In this document: positions 22,139 through 31,943 of the stretch, one piece after another
Position numbering within the stretch: the first letter of the stretch is position 1
Layout: every line of letters begins with the position of its first letter
From: an uncultured bacterium
GTDB taxonomy: Bacteria > Vulcanimicrobiota > JAJTBE01 > CAZSLZ01
Reading direction: 5' to 3'
DNA length: 56,423 nt
Assembly: GCA_964607865.1 (NCBI GenBank)
Contig: CAZSLZ010000002.1
Span: 1 to 56,423 of the forward strand
Position numbers and translations under genes: made by a program
Notes under the pieces: model-generated
What the model was told of the DNA's origin: nothing
Seen by the model: only the letters and a program-made list of their open reading frames with translations
Databases searched by the model: none

Positions 22139-23092
22139 TTAATTATTTTGTGGTTGCCATTCCCGTTCATTTATTAAACTTTCCAGGCTTTCGGCGCTGA
22201 GTTCAGGATGAACTGCCTGGCGGGTGGTAAGAGTCAAGGTAGCGCAGGCTATGCCCACACGAATTGATTCATATACAGAACGGTTACGGCATAAACCATA
22301 TATGGTACCTGCTACCAGTGAATCACCGGCTCCCACCGAATCATAAACCACGGTGGAGATGGACGAAACAAAACGTTTCATTTTCTTGCTGGCCAGATAT
22401 ACGCCTTCGCCACCCAGGGTTATCAGGGCATATTTGGCTCCCTTCTCAATTATGGCATCTCCCGCCGCCATTACACCCCTGGCGCCCTTGATTCTGAAAC
22501 CCGCCAGGACTTCAGCTTCCTCACGGTTGGGGGTTACCATTGTCAGGCGATCCAGAAACGGAAGAATATTATTGGCTTTCTCTATCGATACCGGTTCAAT
22601 GCACACCGGCACATCATGTCTGTTACACAGGTTTACCACATACTCGGTACTCTCATGAGAAATATCTGCGTCCATCACCACAAAATCGGCAGATTTTATT
22701 ATCTCAGATTTGGTCTGCAGAAATTCAGGGGTTATAGCTTCCAGAATAGACATATCGCTTATGGCGCTGATCAGATCGCCCCGATAATCTATAAAGCCCA
22801 TAAAAAGGCCGGTGGGATATTTATCGGTTAGGAGTACATGTTCCAGGCTCAAAGACGATTCCCGGGCTTTTTCCTTTAAATGTTCAGAAAAAAGGTCTTT
22901 GGACAAAGCTGAGATAAGAGTGGTTTGTATTCCCAGTTTTGTCAGATTTTCGGCAATATTTCTGCCTACGCCTCCGGCGCTGATTTCCACCTGGCCGGGG
23001 TTGGACGTGTGGGGAATCATAGAGCTGGTGGGACGTCCCTTAATGTCTAAATTTGTTGCTCCAATTACTACTACATGGGGTTCTTTTTCCAT
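22139..23092 (-). CDS. PfkB-family carbohydrate/nucleoside kinase (pseudouridine-kinase-like)
   Basis: It has VVVIGATNLDI at the N-terminus and a GAGDSLVAG anion-hole motif. The exact substrate cannot be determined from the sequence. Confidence 0.8.
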   Translation of the reverse strand: MEKEPHVVVIGATNLDIKGRPTSSMIPHTSNPGQVEISAGGVGRNIAENLTKLGIQTTLISALSKDLFSEHLKEKARESSLSLEHVLLTDKYPTGLFMGFIDYRGDLISAISDMSILEAITPEFLQTKSEIIKSADFVVMDADISHESTEYVVNLCNRHDVPVCIEPVSIEKANNILPFLDRLTMVTPNREEAEVLAGFRIKGARGVMAAGDAIIEKGAKYALITLGGEGVYLASKKMKRFVSSISTVVYDSVGAGDSLVAGTIYGLCRNRSVYESIRVGIACATLTLTTRQAVHPELSAESLESLINEREWQPQNN

Positions 23093-23181
23093 ATCTACCT
23101 CCTGTTGCCCCTTTATAATTATTCCGGTTTTAGATGAATTATTTAAAAACCCTCTATTTTAGGGGTTAAAATAAATTCATA

Positions 23182-24222
23182 TTAACGAGTGCGGCAAATC
23201 TGAATTATGGTCAATTCCATAACCCAGCGGGGGTCCATCCCCGATTTCATTCCTGCGTCGGCTCTTGCCAGCATATCAAAAACTGTTTCATATCCCTTGC
23301 CGCTGAAATTATCAGCCTGTACCAGAGATTTTTTTACATAAAAAGGATGTTTTCGAATTTTTTTTGCAATTTCATCAGAAGAGTTACCCTTGTCAGAGAG
23401 CATTTTGAGTTTATGCAAAAAGGAAAAATGATTTTCCAGCGCCGAGATTACCTGAACAGGATAAATTTTTTCTTTCAGCAACTCGTCAAATACTTTCAAT
23501 GCAGGGCTCATTTGCCGGCTGCCAAGGTACTCGTTCAAATTATAAATCTTGGACTGGGGGTTTTGAACAACTATTTCCTTCACATCGTTCGCTGATATGT
23601 GTGAGCGGTTATGGGCATAAACTGACAACTTGATAATTTCCTGGTGGAGATTCCATAAGTTATTTCCCACCATTTCAATCAATATTTCTATTGCCCGGTT
23701 ATCAATCTTTTTCTTTTCCCGCTGAAATTTTTCTCCAATCCAGGTTTTTAAGCTGCTCCGGTTCAATTCACATTGAATTTGTATTCCATGGGCAGCCAGA
23801 GCTGATTTCATCTGGGTATGGGGAACAAATGACGGCCGTTTTTCCTTTATTTCCTGTTCATTTTCAGTTATTACAATCTTGCTGGTCTGGCAGGGGTTTT
23901 CCAGGTAACCCGATAATTTCTTTCCCTGCTTCAAATCGAGGCGATGAGCGTTGTTTACCACGATTAATTTGTAATTGGAGCCAAAGGGATATTCATCAGC
24001 TAAATTGGTGATTTCCGATGACTGGGTGTTTCTGGAACAATCGAATTCATGATAGTTAAACCGGGAAGGGTCATCGGCCAGGTATTTCTTCTGAAATTTC
24101 TTTATCAACTCGTTGAAAGTAAATAAATCACTCCCTGATAAAAGATAGAACCTCTTACCGGGAATCGGGTTTCTGCCCAGAATTTCCATATAATTTATTG
24201 TGGGATATTTACTTTTCTTCAT
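23182..24222 (-). CDS. holA: DNA polymerase III delta subunit
   Basis: 346 aa. The N-terminus (FYLLSGSDLF) and the overall pattern resemble HolA. Its ATG overlaps the mtnA stop by 4 nt. Confidence 0.75.
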   Translation of the reverse strand: MKKSKYPTINYMEILGRNPIPGKRFYLLSGSDLFTFNELIKKFQKKYLADDPSRFNYHEFDCSRNTQSSEITNLADEYPFGSNYKLIVVNNAHRLDLKQGKKLSGYLENPCQTSKIVITENEQEIKEKRPSFVPHTQMKSALAAHGIQIQCELNRSSLKTWIGEKFQREKKKIDNRAIEILIEMVGNNLWNLHQEIIKLSVYAHNRSHISANDVKEIVVQNPQSKIYNLNEYLGSRQMSPALKVFDELLKEKIYPVQVISALENHFSFLHKLKMLSDKGNSSDEIAKKIRKHPFYVKKSLVQADNFSGKGYETVFDMLARADAGMKSGMDPRWVMELTIIQICRTR

Positions 24223-25256
24223 TGCCTGTTACTGAATAATTCTTTAATGCTTTCTTTGAAAGGCGGCCTTAAAATACCCTTTTCGGTTATTATGCCCGTC
24301 AACAGCCTGCCTGGGGTAATATCGAAGGCGGGGTTATAAACCCCGGCTTCACTGGGGGCGGTCTGGACTCCTTTTATAAAAATCAGTTCATCGGGACTCC
24401 TCTGTTCAATTTCGATTTCACTGCCTGACTTAAGAGAAATGTCTATAGTGGAGGTGGGCGCTGCGCTGTAGAAAGGAATGCCATGATACCCTGCCAGCAC
24501 TGCCAGTGAATAAGTGCCTATTTTATTTGCCACATCGCCGTTGGCGGCGATTCTGTCCGCTCCCAGCACCACCATATCCACCTTGCCTTGGCTCATCAGG
24601 TAACCTGCCATGTTATCGGCAATCACCTTGTAGGGGATTTTATCCTGTTCCAGCTCCCATGCGGTGAGCCGGGAACCCTGCATCAGGGGCCTGGTTTCAT
24701 CCACCCATACATGAATATTCTTTCCCTGCCTGTGAGCGGATCTAATAACACCAAGGGCTGTGCCATAATCGCCGGTGGCAAGAAAACCCGTATTGCAATG
24801 GTGAAGAATGTTCCATCCCGGTCCTACCACCTCAGCGCCGTTATCTCCGATGGCGCGGCACATTCTCTCATCTTCCCATGCCACTTCCAGCGCCTCTTCT
24901 ATTAACTTTTTTCGAAGCTCATCTACCCCACCTTGAAAACCACTCACTATCTTCATCATTCTTTCCAGGGCCCAGAAGAGGTTCACAGCTGTGGGCCGGG
25001 TTGTGGCTATATAATCTCTGGTTTTCTGCAGTTTGTCTTTGAGGCCCTGTAAATCGGTTTCTTTATAATTAACTGCGGCAAGGGCCATGCCCAGGGCTGC
25101 AGTAATACCCAGGGCAGGTGCCCCCCGGATAGACAATCTTTTAATAGCTTCTCCCAGGGTTTCAATATCGAAACATTTTATCAGTTCGAAATCACCCGGC
25201 AACCGGGTCTGATCAATAATTTCTATATGATCGCCCTTCCAGTAGATACACTTCAT
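24219..25256 (-). CDS. mtnA: S-methyl-5-thioribose-1-phosphate isomerase (eIF-2B alpha/beta/delta-like family)
   Basis: Family motifs are present (IRGAPALG, TRPLMQGSRLTAWEL, GADRIAANGDVANKIGTY). I placed the start at the ATG at 25256 (MKCIYWKGDHIEIIDQTRLP), which follows GGAGG and forms an ATGA overlap with the GNAT stop. Confidence 0.88.
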   Translation of the reverse strand: MKCIYWKGDHIEIIDQTRLPGDFELIKCFDIETLGEAIKRLSIRGAPALGITAALGMALAAVNYKETDLQGLKDKLQKTRDYIATTRPTAVNLFWALERMMKIVSGFQGGVDELRKKLIEEALEVAWEDERMCRAIGDNGAEVVGPGWNILHHCNTGFLATGDYGTALGVIRSAHRQGKNIHVWVDETRPLMQGSRLTAWELEQDKIPYKVIADNMAGYLMSQGKVDMVVLGADRIAANGDVANKIGTYSLAVLAGYHGIPFYSAAPTSTIDISLKSGSEIEIEQRSPDELIFIKGVQTAPSEAGVYNPAFDITPGRLLTGIITEKGILRPPFKESIKELFSNRQ

Positions 25257-25822
25257 GAGGTTTCCTCCGTTGCTTCTTCCAGGGGCTGATAGGGAAATTT
25301 TTCTGCAAACTCTCTGTCCAGAATGCTGTAAACTGTAACATCCCAGTATTTCCCCCATGTAAAGAAAGCTTCTCTCAATACTCCTTCTTTCTGGTAACCA
25401 TTGGTTTCGAATAATTTCTGGGCTTTCTGGTTGAAGGAAAGAACTTTGGCATAGATCCGGTGTAATCCCAGTTCCTCGAAGGCATATCTGGCTGTCATTC
25501 TGAGCGCCTCACTGGCAAACCCCTTGTTTCTGCGGTTTCTGTCGCCTATTAAAATACCAATTTCTGCTGTTCCCGAGCGCCAGTCCATGTTGGTAAGTTC
25601 GATGTTGCCGATGTAAGTTCCGTCATCCATTTTAATGGCGAATTCCTGAATGTTGGGGTTGCTTAAATTTGTTTCGTACCATTTTTCAATATCCCATGCA
25701 GTTTTGGGGATTACGTCCATGCCCGCCAGTTTTACAATTTCCGGGTCATTTGCCCAAAGATAGTTCTGCAGTAAATCTTCTCTTTCTATTGCCCATAAGT
25801 TTATCTTTTTTCCTGGTATCAT
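25253..25822 (-). CDS. GNAT-family N-acetyltransferase (RimJ/RimL-like)
   Basis: It has an acetyl-CoA binding motif (RRNKGFASEALR). I placed the start at the ATG at 25822, which follows AGGAGGGG. Confidence 0.82.
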   Translation of the reverse strand: MIPGKKINLWAIEREDLLQNYLWANDPEIVKLAGMDVIPKTAWDIEKWYETNLSNPNIQEFAIKMDDGTYIGNIELTNMDWRSGTAEIGILIGDRNRRNKGFASEALRMTARYAFEELGLHRIYAKVLSFNQKAQKLFETNGYQKEGVLREAFFTWGKYWDVTVYSILDREFAEKFPYQPLEEATEETS

Positions 25823-26035
25823 GTTGATTTTCTCCCCTCCTGATAATAACCATGTTAACAAAAATACTTTATATTATTTTTCCTGTAAGCGGAAAAATTC
25901 CTTTTGCATAGAAATATATAAAAAAATGGCAGGAAATATAAGGTTCAGAGAAGAAACTTTTTGATCTGTAGCCTATAACTATGTAAGTATAATTTACTTT
26001 TCGGAGCCTATATATGTGAGGAGTTATTTGTAATT

Positions 26036-29000
26036 ATGGACGAAAAAGCAACGGTGGCTTTGCAAAAATATTCGACCCTGGTTCGATTGAATCCAGATGA
26101 TCCTGAAGCTCATTTCGGACTCGCCATGGCTCATGAAGAGGCTGACCAGATGGCAGATGCTTTCAGAGAGTATCAAACGGTTATCAGGCTGGATCCTACC
26201 CATGCCCGGTCTCACCTGCACCTGGGTTTTTTATATGCAAAGGGAAATGAAACTTCCCCCGCCATTAAGGAATGGCAGAAAGCTTATGAGCTTGACCCGA
26301 AAATTCATAAATATTTTGATGATCCTTCTTTTAAATCGTTTTATGGTAAAAGAATAAAAAGCACTCTGACAATTTTTCAAAAGCCTATCAGTATTCGTCC
26401 TGATGATTCCTGGGGTTATTATCAACTGGCATTGGCAAACCGATACTTCAACCGTAAGGAAATTGCCCTTTCACACTTGAAGAAAGCTGTGGAGTTAAAC
26501 TCCAATCTCTGGGAAGCCTACAATGCAGCCGGAGAAGTGTATGCAGAAATAGGCCAGTATCACTTTGCAAAATTTAATTTTCAGAAAGCTATTGATGTAA
26601 ACCCCAAATATACAGAAACTTTTTACAACCTGGGTTCGATTTTTGAAGAGGAGGGTTTGATTGGCCAGGCTATTCGTCGTTATGAAAGAGGTTTGGAAAC
26701 CAACCCCCGTGATCCCAAGTTGTTACTGGCGCTGGGCCGCGCCTATTTAAAGCAGGGTCAGTATAAAAAGGCTATTTCCAAACTGCAGAAGTCTATCGAC
26801 CAGCAGAAGGGTAATTCCTATTCACATTTTTTATTGGCCAAGGCCTGCGAATCTATTTACAAGCCAGATTTTGCAATCAAAGAATACGAATTTGCAATCA
26901 AATATAACCCTAAATATGCTGAAGCCCATTACAACCTGGGGACGCTTCAACTTCAGGTGGGTGATCCCCAGAAAGCCATTCATCACCTGGAAGAAACCCT
27001 GAAATTGAACCCTGCCGATTCCTACGCTCATTACAACCTGGGTAATGCCTATGAAAAGGTGGGTAATGACGAAAAGGCTATAAACCACTATTACAGTGCC
27101 ATTTCCTTAAATTCTAAAGATGCTTTTGCCCGGTATAACCTGGGGCAGATTTATTTCAAGCTTGGCAGGTTTGAAGAGTCCATTCAGGAGTTAAGAAAGA
27201 CTCTGGAAATTACCCCCAAGGATCCCAATATTTATTATTTGCTGGGGAGGGCATATCAGGAGTTATACGATCTGGAAACTGCCACCGAGATGTATCACAA
27301 GGCTGTGGATATCCGTCCCAGTGACTTTAAATCACAATATGAGCTGGCAAAAATATTTATGAATCAGGAACGTTTCGATGTAGCAGTGGCTCAGTTGAAA
27401 AAGGTTATCCGGTTGCGGCCTGACGACGCCATGGCTCATTATGAAATGGGTAAATGCTTATATCGGGTTAACGCGGTGGATCAGGCTTTCGATGAGTTTC
27501 AGGAAGCTATTAAGTTAGATTCTTCTCTCACCAAGGCCAAATATGGTATCGGGCTGGTTTATGCTTATCATCGTAACAAACCGTCTATTGCCATCGACTT
27601 TTTTAATCAGATACTGGAAGAAGAACCCGATTTCTTACCAGCAATTATTGAAAAAGGTTACTCTTATTTAAACTTGAAGAAATATGAGGATGCCCAGACC
27701 CAGTTTGAAAATGCATTGGAGAAGAAGCCTGAAGACCCGGATATTTTGATTGGTATTGGTGAAGTTTACACTGAGAGCGAACAGTATGACAAGGCAGAGA
27801 AGATTTTCCAGAAAGTTATACTGCTGGATCCCGAAAATCCCCATGCCCGTGGGAAATATGCGCGTTATCTCTATAAAACCAAAAATTATGAGGATGCAAT
27901 TGAGCAGTATCAGAAAGCCATAACCATGGATACCTCCAACAATCCCGATTATTATTTCGAATTGGCGGAAGCATATATGGCAATCGGAAATATTGATGAA
28001 GCCAGGTCATCCCTTATTAACCTGGCTGAGGTGGATCATACAAACAAACGGGCCAAAGATGCCATTTACGAGATGAACAAACTCGCCGATGAAAAATTAA
28101 AGGGAATGACCATAAAAGAACTGCTGAACGAGCCCGACGAAATTGTTCTGGCTGAGGCTGTAAGCACCATAAAAGCTAAAACCCCGGCTCAAATCAAGAA
28201 AGATGAAACCGAGGGCGGTTTCTTGAAACCCAGGGAAAGGTTAGTCAGAAAACGAGCGTTATCCAAGAAAACCGGTTTAAAAGACAAATTGAAAGATCGG
28301 CCCCAGAAAAGTTATACAGAAGTGGAAGACTTCTCCATTACTCCTGAGATACAGGACTTTTTCAACCAGGCCCTGACCGTATTGGCAAAAGGGGAAAGAG
28401 ACGAAGCATACAGGCTTTTTGAAAACATTCTCAAGAATATTCCCACTTTTCATAAGCCTTATTATCATATGGCGGAAATCTGGTCCAGCAGAAATGATAA
28501 ATACAAGGCAAGAAAATTTCTGGAAAAAGGGCTGGAATTTGCCGAAGAGCATGATGATGAAGAATATGTTAATATGTTCAACCGCAGTTTGAAGTTTATT
28601 TCAGTCAGCGGAAAAGCCCGGAGTTTGGCTCAGCGCACCGGAAGAACCAACATGCCCAAAGCTTCAGAACCCGTTCAGGCTCAGGGTACCAGTTTGTTGT
28701 CGGGTATGTCCGGCGAGTTGCCCGGCCTTACCACTTCCGATACAGCAGTACCGGTTTCATCCGCAACCAACCTATTCAGTGGAATGCCCGGTGCCGATAC
28801 TGGCGAAATCATCCGCAGTTTCCGTTCCTTAAGCGATGACCAACTCGAAGAACGGTTGGAAGTGGTAGAAGACTTCATTGACCTGGGTAAATATGACAAG
28901 GCTAAAGAGAAACTCCAGAAACTGGTAAGCGAGGTTATGGATGAACCCAGGGTTTATAAAATGTTTGCCAGGGTCAACAAGGAGATGGAAGAATGGGGCG

Positions 29001-29689
29001 AGTATGCCGATAACTTCCTGAAATATCTTAACCTCAGTGGAAAAAAGACCAAACAGAATCTTTACAGTTTACTGGAAACCCTGGAGCAGAATGGCGAAGT
29101 GGGCAAAATCAGTATGGTCCTTAAAGATATTCTGGACCTGGAGCCGGAAAATACCGAGTTGCTGGAAAAACTTATTGCCCTGTTAATGAAGGATGAAAAA
29201 TATGATGAAGCAATTCCTTATTTGAAACAGTTAACCGCGGAACGCCCCGAAGATCCCAGGTATCTTTTCCATCTTGCCCGGGCATACAGAAATATGAAAA
29301 AATATGCCCTGGCAACGGTGCAATATCAGAAGGTTTTAAAACTGACCGAAGCGCCGGAAATGTATAACGAACTGGGTTATACCTATGAAAAAACCAACAA
29401 GGTTCAGTCGGCTATCAAAGCTTACAACAAAACTCTTGAATTCGAGCCCGATAACATTACTGCCAACCTGTCCCTCATTTTACTATATGAAAAAGCCGGG
29501 GAATACCAGAAGGCAGTTCAATCCATTAAGCATACCACCCAGATAGCATCTCTGACCCCCAAACGAAAGAAGATACTTCAAAAGAAGATGCAGGAATTGG
29601 AGAGTAAAATCCAGGCCGGCAAGGGGGGAGACAGCCTTTCCGCTCATACCGGAATTCTGGAAAACACAGGTGAAACAACCCTGGAATAA
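26036..29689 (+). CDS. Very large TPR-repeat protein (1217 aa)
   Basis: It contains dozens of canonical TPR units (e.g. AEAHYNLGTLQLQVGDPQKAIHHLEETLKLNP) and a low-complexity S/G/T linker around 28650-28830. Confidence 0.85.
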   Translation: MDEKATVALQKYSTLVRLNPDDPEAHFGLAMAHEEADQMADAFREYQTVIRLDPTHARSHLHLGFLYAKGNETSPAIKEWQKAYELDPKIHKYFDDPSFKSFYGKRIKSTLTIFQKPISIRPDDSWGYYQLALANRYFNRKEIALSHLKKAVELNSNLWEAYNAAGEVYAEIGQYHFAKFNFQKAIDVNPKYTETFYNLGSIFEEEGLIGQAIRRYERGLETNPRDPKLLLALGRAYLKQGQYKKAISKLQKSIDQQKGNSYSHFLLAKACESIYKPDFAIKEYEFAIKYNPKYAEAHYNLGTLQLQVGDPQKAIHHLEETLKLNPADSYAHYNLGNAYEKVGNDEKAINHYYSAISLNSKDAFARYNLGQIYFKLGRFEESIQELRKTLEITPKDPNIYYLLGRAYQELYDLETATEMYHKAVDIRPSDFKSQYELAKIFMNQERFDVAVAQLKKVIRLRPDDAMAHYEMGKCLYRVNAVDQAFDEFQEAIKLDSSLTKAKYGIGLVYAYHRNKPSIAIDFFNQILEEEPDFLPAIIEKGYSYLNLKKYEDAQTQFENALEKKPEDPDILIGIGEVYTESEQYDKAEKIFQKVILLDPENPHARGKYARYLYKTKNYEDAIEQYQKAITMDTSNNPDYYFELAEAYMAIGNIDEARSSLINLAEVDHTNKRAKDAIYEMNKLADEKLKGMTIKELLNEPDEIVLAEAVSTIKAKTPAQIKKDETEGGFLKPRERLVRKRALSKKTGLKDKLKDRPQKSYTEVEDFSITPEIQDFFNQALTVLAKGERDEAYRLFENILKNIPTFHKPYYHMAEIWSSRNDKYKARKFLEKGLEFAEEHDDEEYVNMFNRSLKFISVSGKARSLAQRTGRTNMPKASEPVQAQGTSLLSGMSGELPGLTTSDTAVPVSSATNLFSGMPGADTGEIIRSFRSLSDDQLEERLEVVEDFIDLGKYDKAKEKLQKLVSEVMDEPRVYKMFARVNKEMEEWGEYADNFLKYLNLSGKKTKQNLYSLLETLEQNGEVGKISMVLKDILDLEPENTELLEKLIALLMKDEKYDEAIPYLKQLTAERPEDPRYLFHLARAYRNMKKYALATVQYQKVLKLTEAPEMYNELGYTYEKTNKVQSAIKAYNKTLEFEPDNITANLSLILLYEKAGEYQKAVQSIKHTTQIASLTPKRKKILQKKMQELESKIQAGKGGDSLSAHTGILENTGETTLE

Positions 29690-30700
29690 TTAACGCTGAT
29701 ATTTTCTTATAGCTGCATTATGTTCAGCATAGGTTTTTGAGAAAATATGGCTGCCGTCGTTTTTCACATCATTACGTACATAATAATAATAATTATGATT
29801 CTCAGGATTCAATGTAGCCTTGATGGATTCCAACCCCGGATTTGCTATGGGCCCCGGGGGCAAACCAGTATAAACATAGGTGTTGTACGGGGAATCAACT
29901 CGCAAATCGCTGTATTTTAAATAATCTTTGAATTTCTCCAGGGCATAGCGCACTGTGGCATCACATTCCATTTTCATTCCCTTTTTCAACCTGTTGTAAT
30001 AAACATTGGCTATTTTGGCACGCTCCTTTTCTACCTGGGCTTCTCGTTCCACCATGGAAGCCAAAGTTACAACTTCGTGCAGGCTCAGGCTCACCGGCAG
30101 GGAATCCTTCTTTTTCTCATATTGAAACACAGCTTTTTCATTAAAAGCGTCAACCATGGTTTGAATTGTTTTTTCCGAGTCATAATAAACGGGAAAATCA
30201 TATGTATTGGGCAATAGATAGCCTTCCAGGCTGGCAGGGGGTTTGCCGTTTACTTCAAAAGGCTTTTCACCGGCGGTTATTAAGAATTCTTCTTTTTTAA
30301 CTATCCCTTTCTCATCCAGCAATTGAGCTACCTGTTTCAATGTCAGCCCCTCGGGGATGGAAACCAGCCTCAGCTCTCCTCCGCCTTTTTTCAACTGCTC
30401 CAATATCTGTATCATATTCTTGTCGGGGTCCACTTCATAACGGCCCGGTTTCATTTCGTCTCCCGAATCAGACAGTTTCATAACTACCCTGAATAAGAAT
30501 GCCTGGTTTATAGCCCCTTTTTCTTCCAACTGACGGGCTACCTGGGCGCCGGTGGCTCCCTTGGGTATCTCTATTACTACTTTTTCACCCTTTTGGGGGG
30601 TCAGTAAAGAATAAAAACCCACTCCCACACCCAGGGCAAAAACCAGGGCAAGTAACAGGGCTATTACTAGAATTACAGCTACAGTTTTCAAATATTTCAT
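29690..30700 (-). CDS. mltG: Endolytic murein transglycosylase MltG (YceG-like)
   Basis: It has an N-terminal TM anchor, a LysM-like segment and the catalytic region LASMVEREA. Its stop directly abuts the stop of the TPR gene. Confidence 0.9.
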   Translation of the reverse strand: MKYLKTVAVILVIALLLALVFALGVGVGFYSLLTPQKGEKVVIEIPKGATGAQVARQLEEKGAINQAFLFRVVMKLSDSGDEMKPGRYEVDPDKNMIQILEQLKKGGGELRLVSIPEGLTLKQVAQLLDEKGIVKKEEFLITAGEKPFEVNGKPPASLEGYLLPNTYDFPVYYDSEKTIQTMVDAFNEKAVFQYEKKKDSLPVSLSLHEVVTLASMVEREAQVEKERAKIANVYYNRLKKGMKMECDATVRYALEKFKDYLKYSDLRVDSPYNTYVYTGLPPGPIANPGLESIKATLNPENHNYYYYVRNDVKNDGSHIFSKTYAEHNAAIRKYQR

Positions 30701-30702
30701 GA

Positions 30703-31125
30703 TTATTCTTCAACCCCTTGTTCCAGATATTTTTTCAGTATAAGGCAGGCTGCCATACTGTCCACCACCTGTTTACGCTGAGCTCGCCGGACATCGCCTT
30801 CTATCAGAATATTATTGGCTTCCCTGCTGGTAAGTCTTTCATCCACGGTTTTTATGGGAATTTGTATAAACTTTTCCAGCCTTTTCACAAGCTCCAGAGC
30901 TTTTTCCGTTGAGAAGCTGTGAGAACCGTCCAGGTTCAGGGGAAGCCCGACTACAATCAAACCCGGTTGATGTTCCTGTATTAGTTGTTTTACACCTGAA
31001 ATTATTTTTCTCCAGGAAGATCCGGGTATATAATCTAATGGTTTGGCGGAAATTCCCAGGGGGTCAGAGATAGCAGCTCCGATTCTTTTTGAGCCTGGAT
31101 CCAGCGCCAGAATTCGATTTTTCAT
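30703..31125 (-). CDS. ruvX: Putative pre-16S rRNA nuclease / Holliday-junction-resolvase-like protein RuvX (YqgF)
   Basis: The RuvX match begins at the ATG at 31125 (MKNRILALDPGSKRIGAAISD), giving 141 aa. The 113 upstream codons of the 253-aa track ORF belong to the eroded hydantoinase-B remnant. Confidence 0.85.
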   Translation of the reverse strand: MKNRILALDPGSKRIGAAISDPLGISAKPLDYIPGSSWRKIISGVKQLIQEHQPGLIVVGLPLNLDGSHSFSTEKALELVKRLEKFIQIPIKTVDERLTSREANNILIEGDVRRAQRKQVVDSMAACLILKKYLEQGVEE

Positions 31126-31843
31126 AAATAACGTCTCCGAAAATTTTTGATTACAGCCGGTTTCATTTTCTTTTGGTTCCGGGTTAACTTTTCCCCAGTC
31201 TCCGCCACCGGGGGTTTCAATAGTAATTATATCACAGGTTTGAACATCCAGGGTTATTCTCCCGGGTAATTCCCTGCAAATGTTATGGGTACAATAAATG
31301 TTTCGCCCTGTTTTTCCAGGTTCCCCCTCATTCAAGCTGTAGGGCGGAATTTTTCTACGTTCACTTATTATGGGTTTGTATTGCGTCAAGACCCTTTGCG
31401 GTGGTTCCGTCTCCGATGTTTTCAAAATAAGAAAAACCTGTGTTATTTTTCCTGTCGAAGCCACCGATTGCTATATTATTCATGTTCCACAGGAGGCCGC
31501 GGGTATCCTGTCGGGCAATATTTGTGATAGAGCCAGTAAAACCGTGTCAACAATGCGTTGCGAGGTTTTTACATTACCAGCGGAAACGGCAAAGGGTGAA
31601 ATGGCATTTACCAGGTTTCCTTCAGGAGCGTTGTTTTTATGGGCCTGAAATATCCCGAATTTGTGGGGATATGATCTCCCAGCAAACAGCGAAAAGCATA
31701 ATATACTCCCGAAGGGCAGGTTTATACTGGGTGGTAAAGGTTTTAAGTATTTCCAAACTGTTGTTTCTGAAAACTACCATATCGGTGAAAGTGCCGCCAA
31801 TATCTATACCTGTGAAAACCGGGCTGGAAGCAGGCGGGTTCAT
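31126..31843 (-). pseudogene. Eroded hydantoinase/oxoprolinase (HyuA N-terminus joined to HyuB C-terminal third), frameshifted
   Basis: The first segment (31843-31637) reads MNPPASSPVFTGIDIGGTFTDMVVF, the hydantoinase-A N-terminal motif. A second frame reads ...EGNLVNAISPFAVSAGNVKTSQRIVDTVLLALSQILPDRIPAASCGT* (HyuB-like). A 1-nt shift at tgtggaacatgaataat leads to MNNIAIGGFDRKNNTGFSYFENIGDGTTAKGLDAIQTH. A further shift leads to ...NEGEPGKTGRN...ITLDVQTCDIITIETPGGGDWG. Only about 0.7 kb remains of a gene or gene pair that is normally longer than 3 kb. Confidence 0.65.
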
Positions 31844-31888
31844 ATTTTTTCTCCGTTTTTGCTTTAAATTTGTGAGGAGGTATTTCTA

Positions 31889-31916
31889 TAAAAAAAAACC
31901 GTCGGTGAGGACGGCT
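31889..31916 (-). terminator. Rho-independent terminator downstream of the pilin-like gene
   Basis: On the minus strand the sequence is agccgtc-ctcacc-gacggt, followed by a T-run of about 9 nt. Confidence 0.55.
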
Positions 31917-31943
31917 GAATTACAATATTAACAGAATTTTCTG

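Noticed and set aside
25851-25863. The 13-mer ATGTTAACAAAAA is shared with the flagellar leader (51571-51583). The 12-mer ATACAATTCTGT is shared upstream of the phosphohexomutase gene and gyrA.
   Set aside because: With several kb of AT-rich intergenic DNA on both strands, about one such exact match is expected by chance. This is not significant on its own.
31126-31464. The 253-aa ORF 30703..31464 could be read as a genuine RuvX with an N-terminal extension.
   Set aside because: The extension is the frameshifted tail of the hydantoinase-B remnant. RuvX homology begins at the internal ATG at 31125. The track's upstream start is not an ATG (it reads GTG in my reconstruction), and I see no RBS in front of it.
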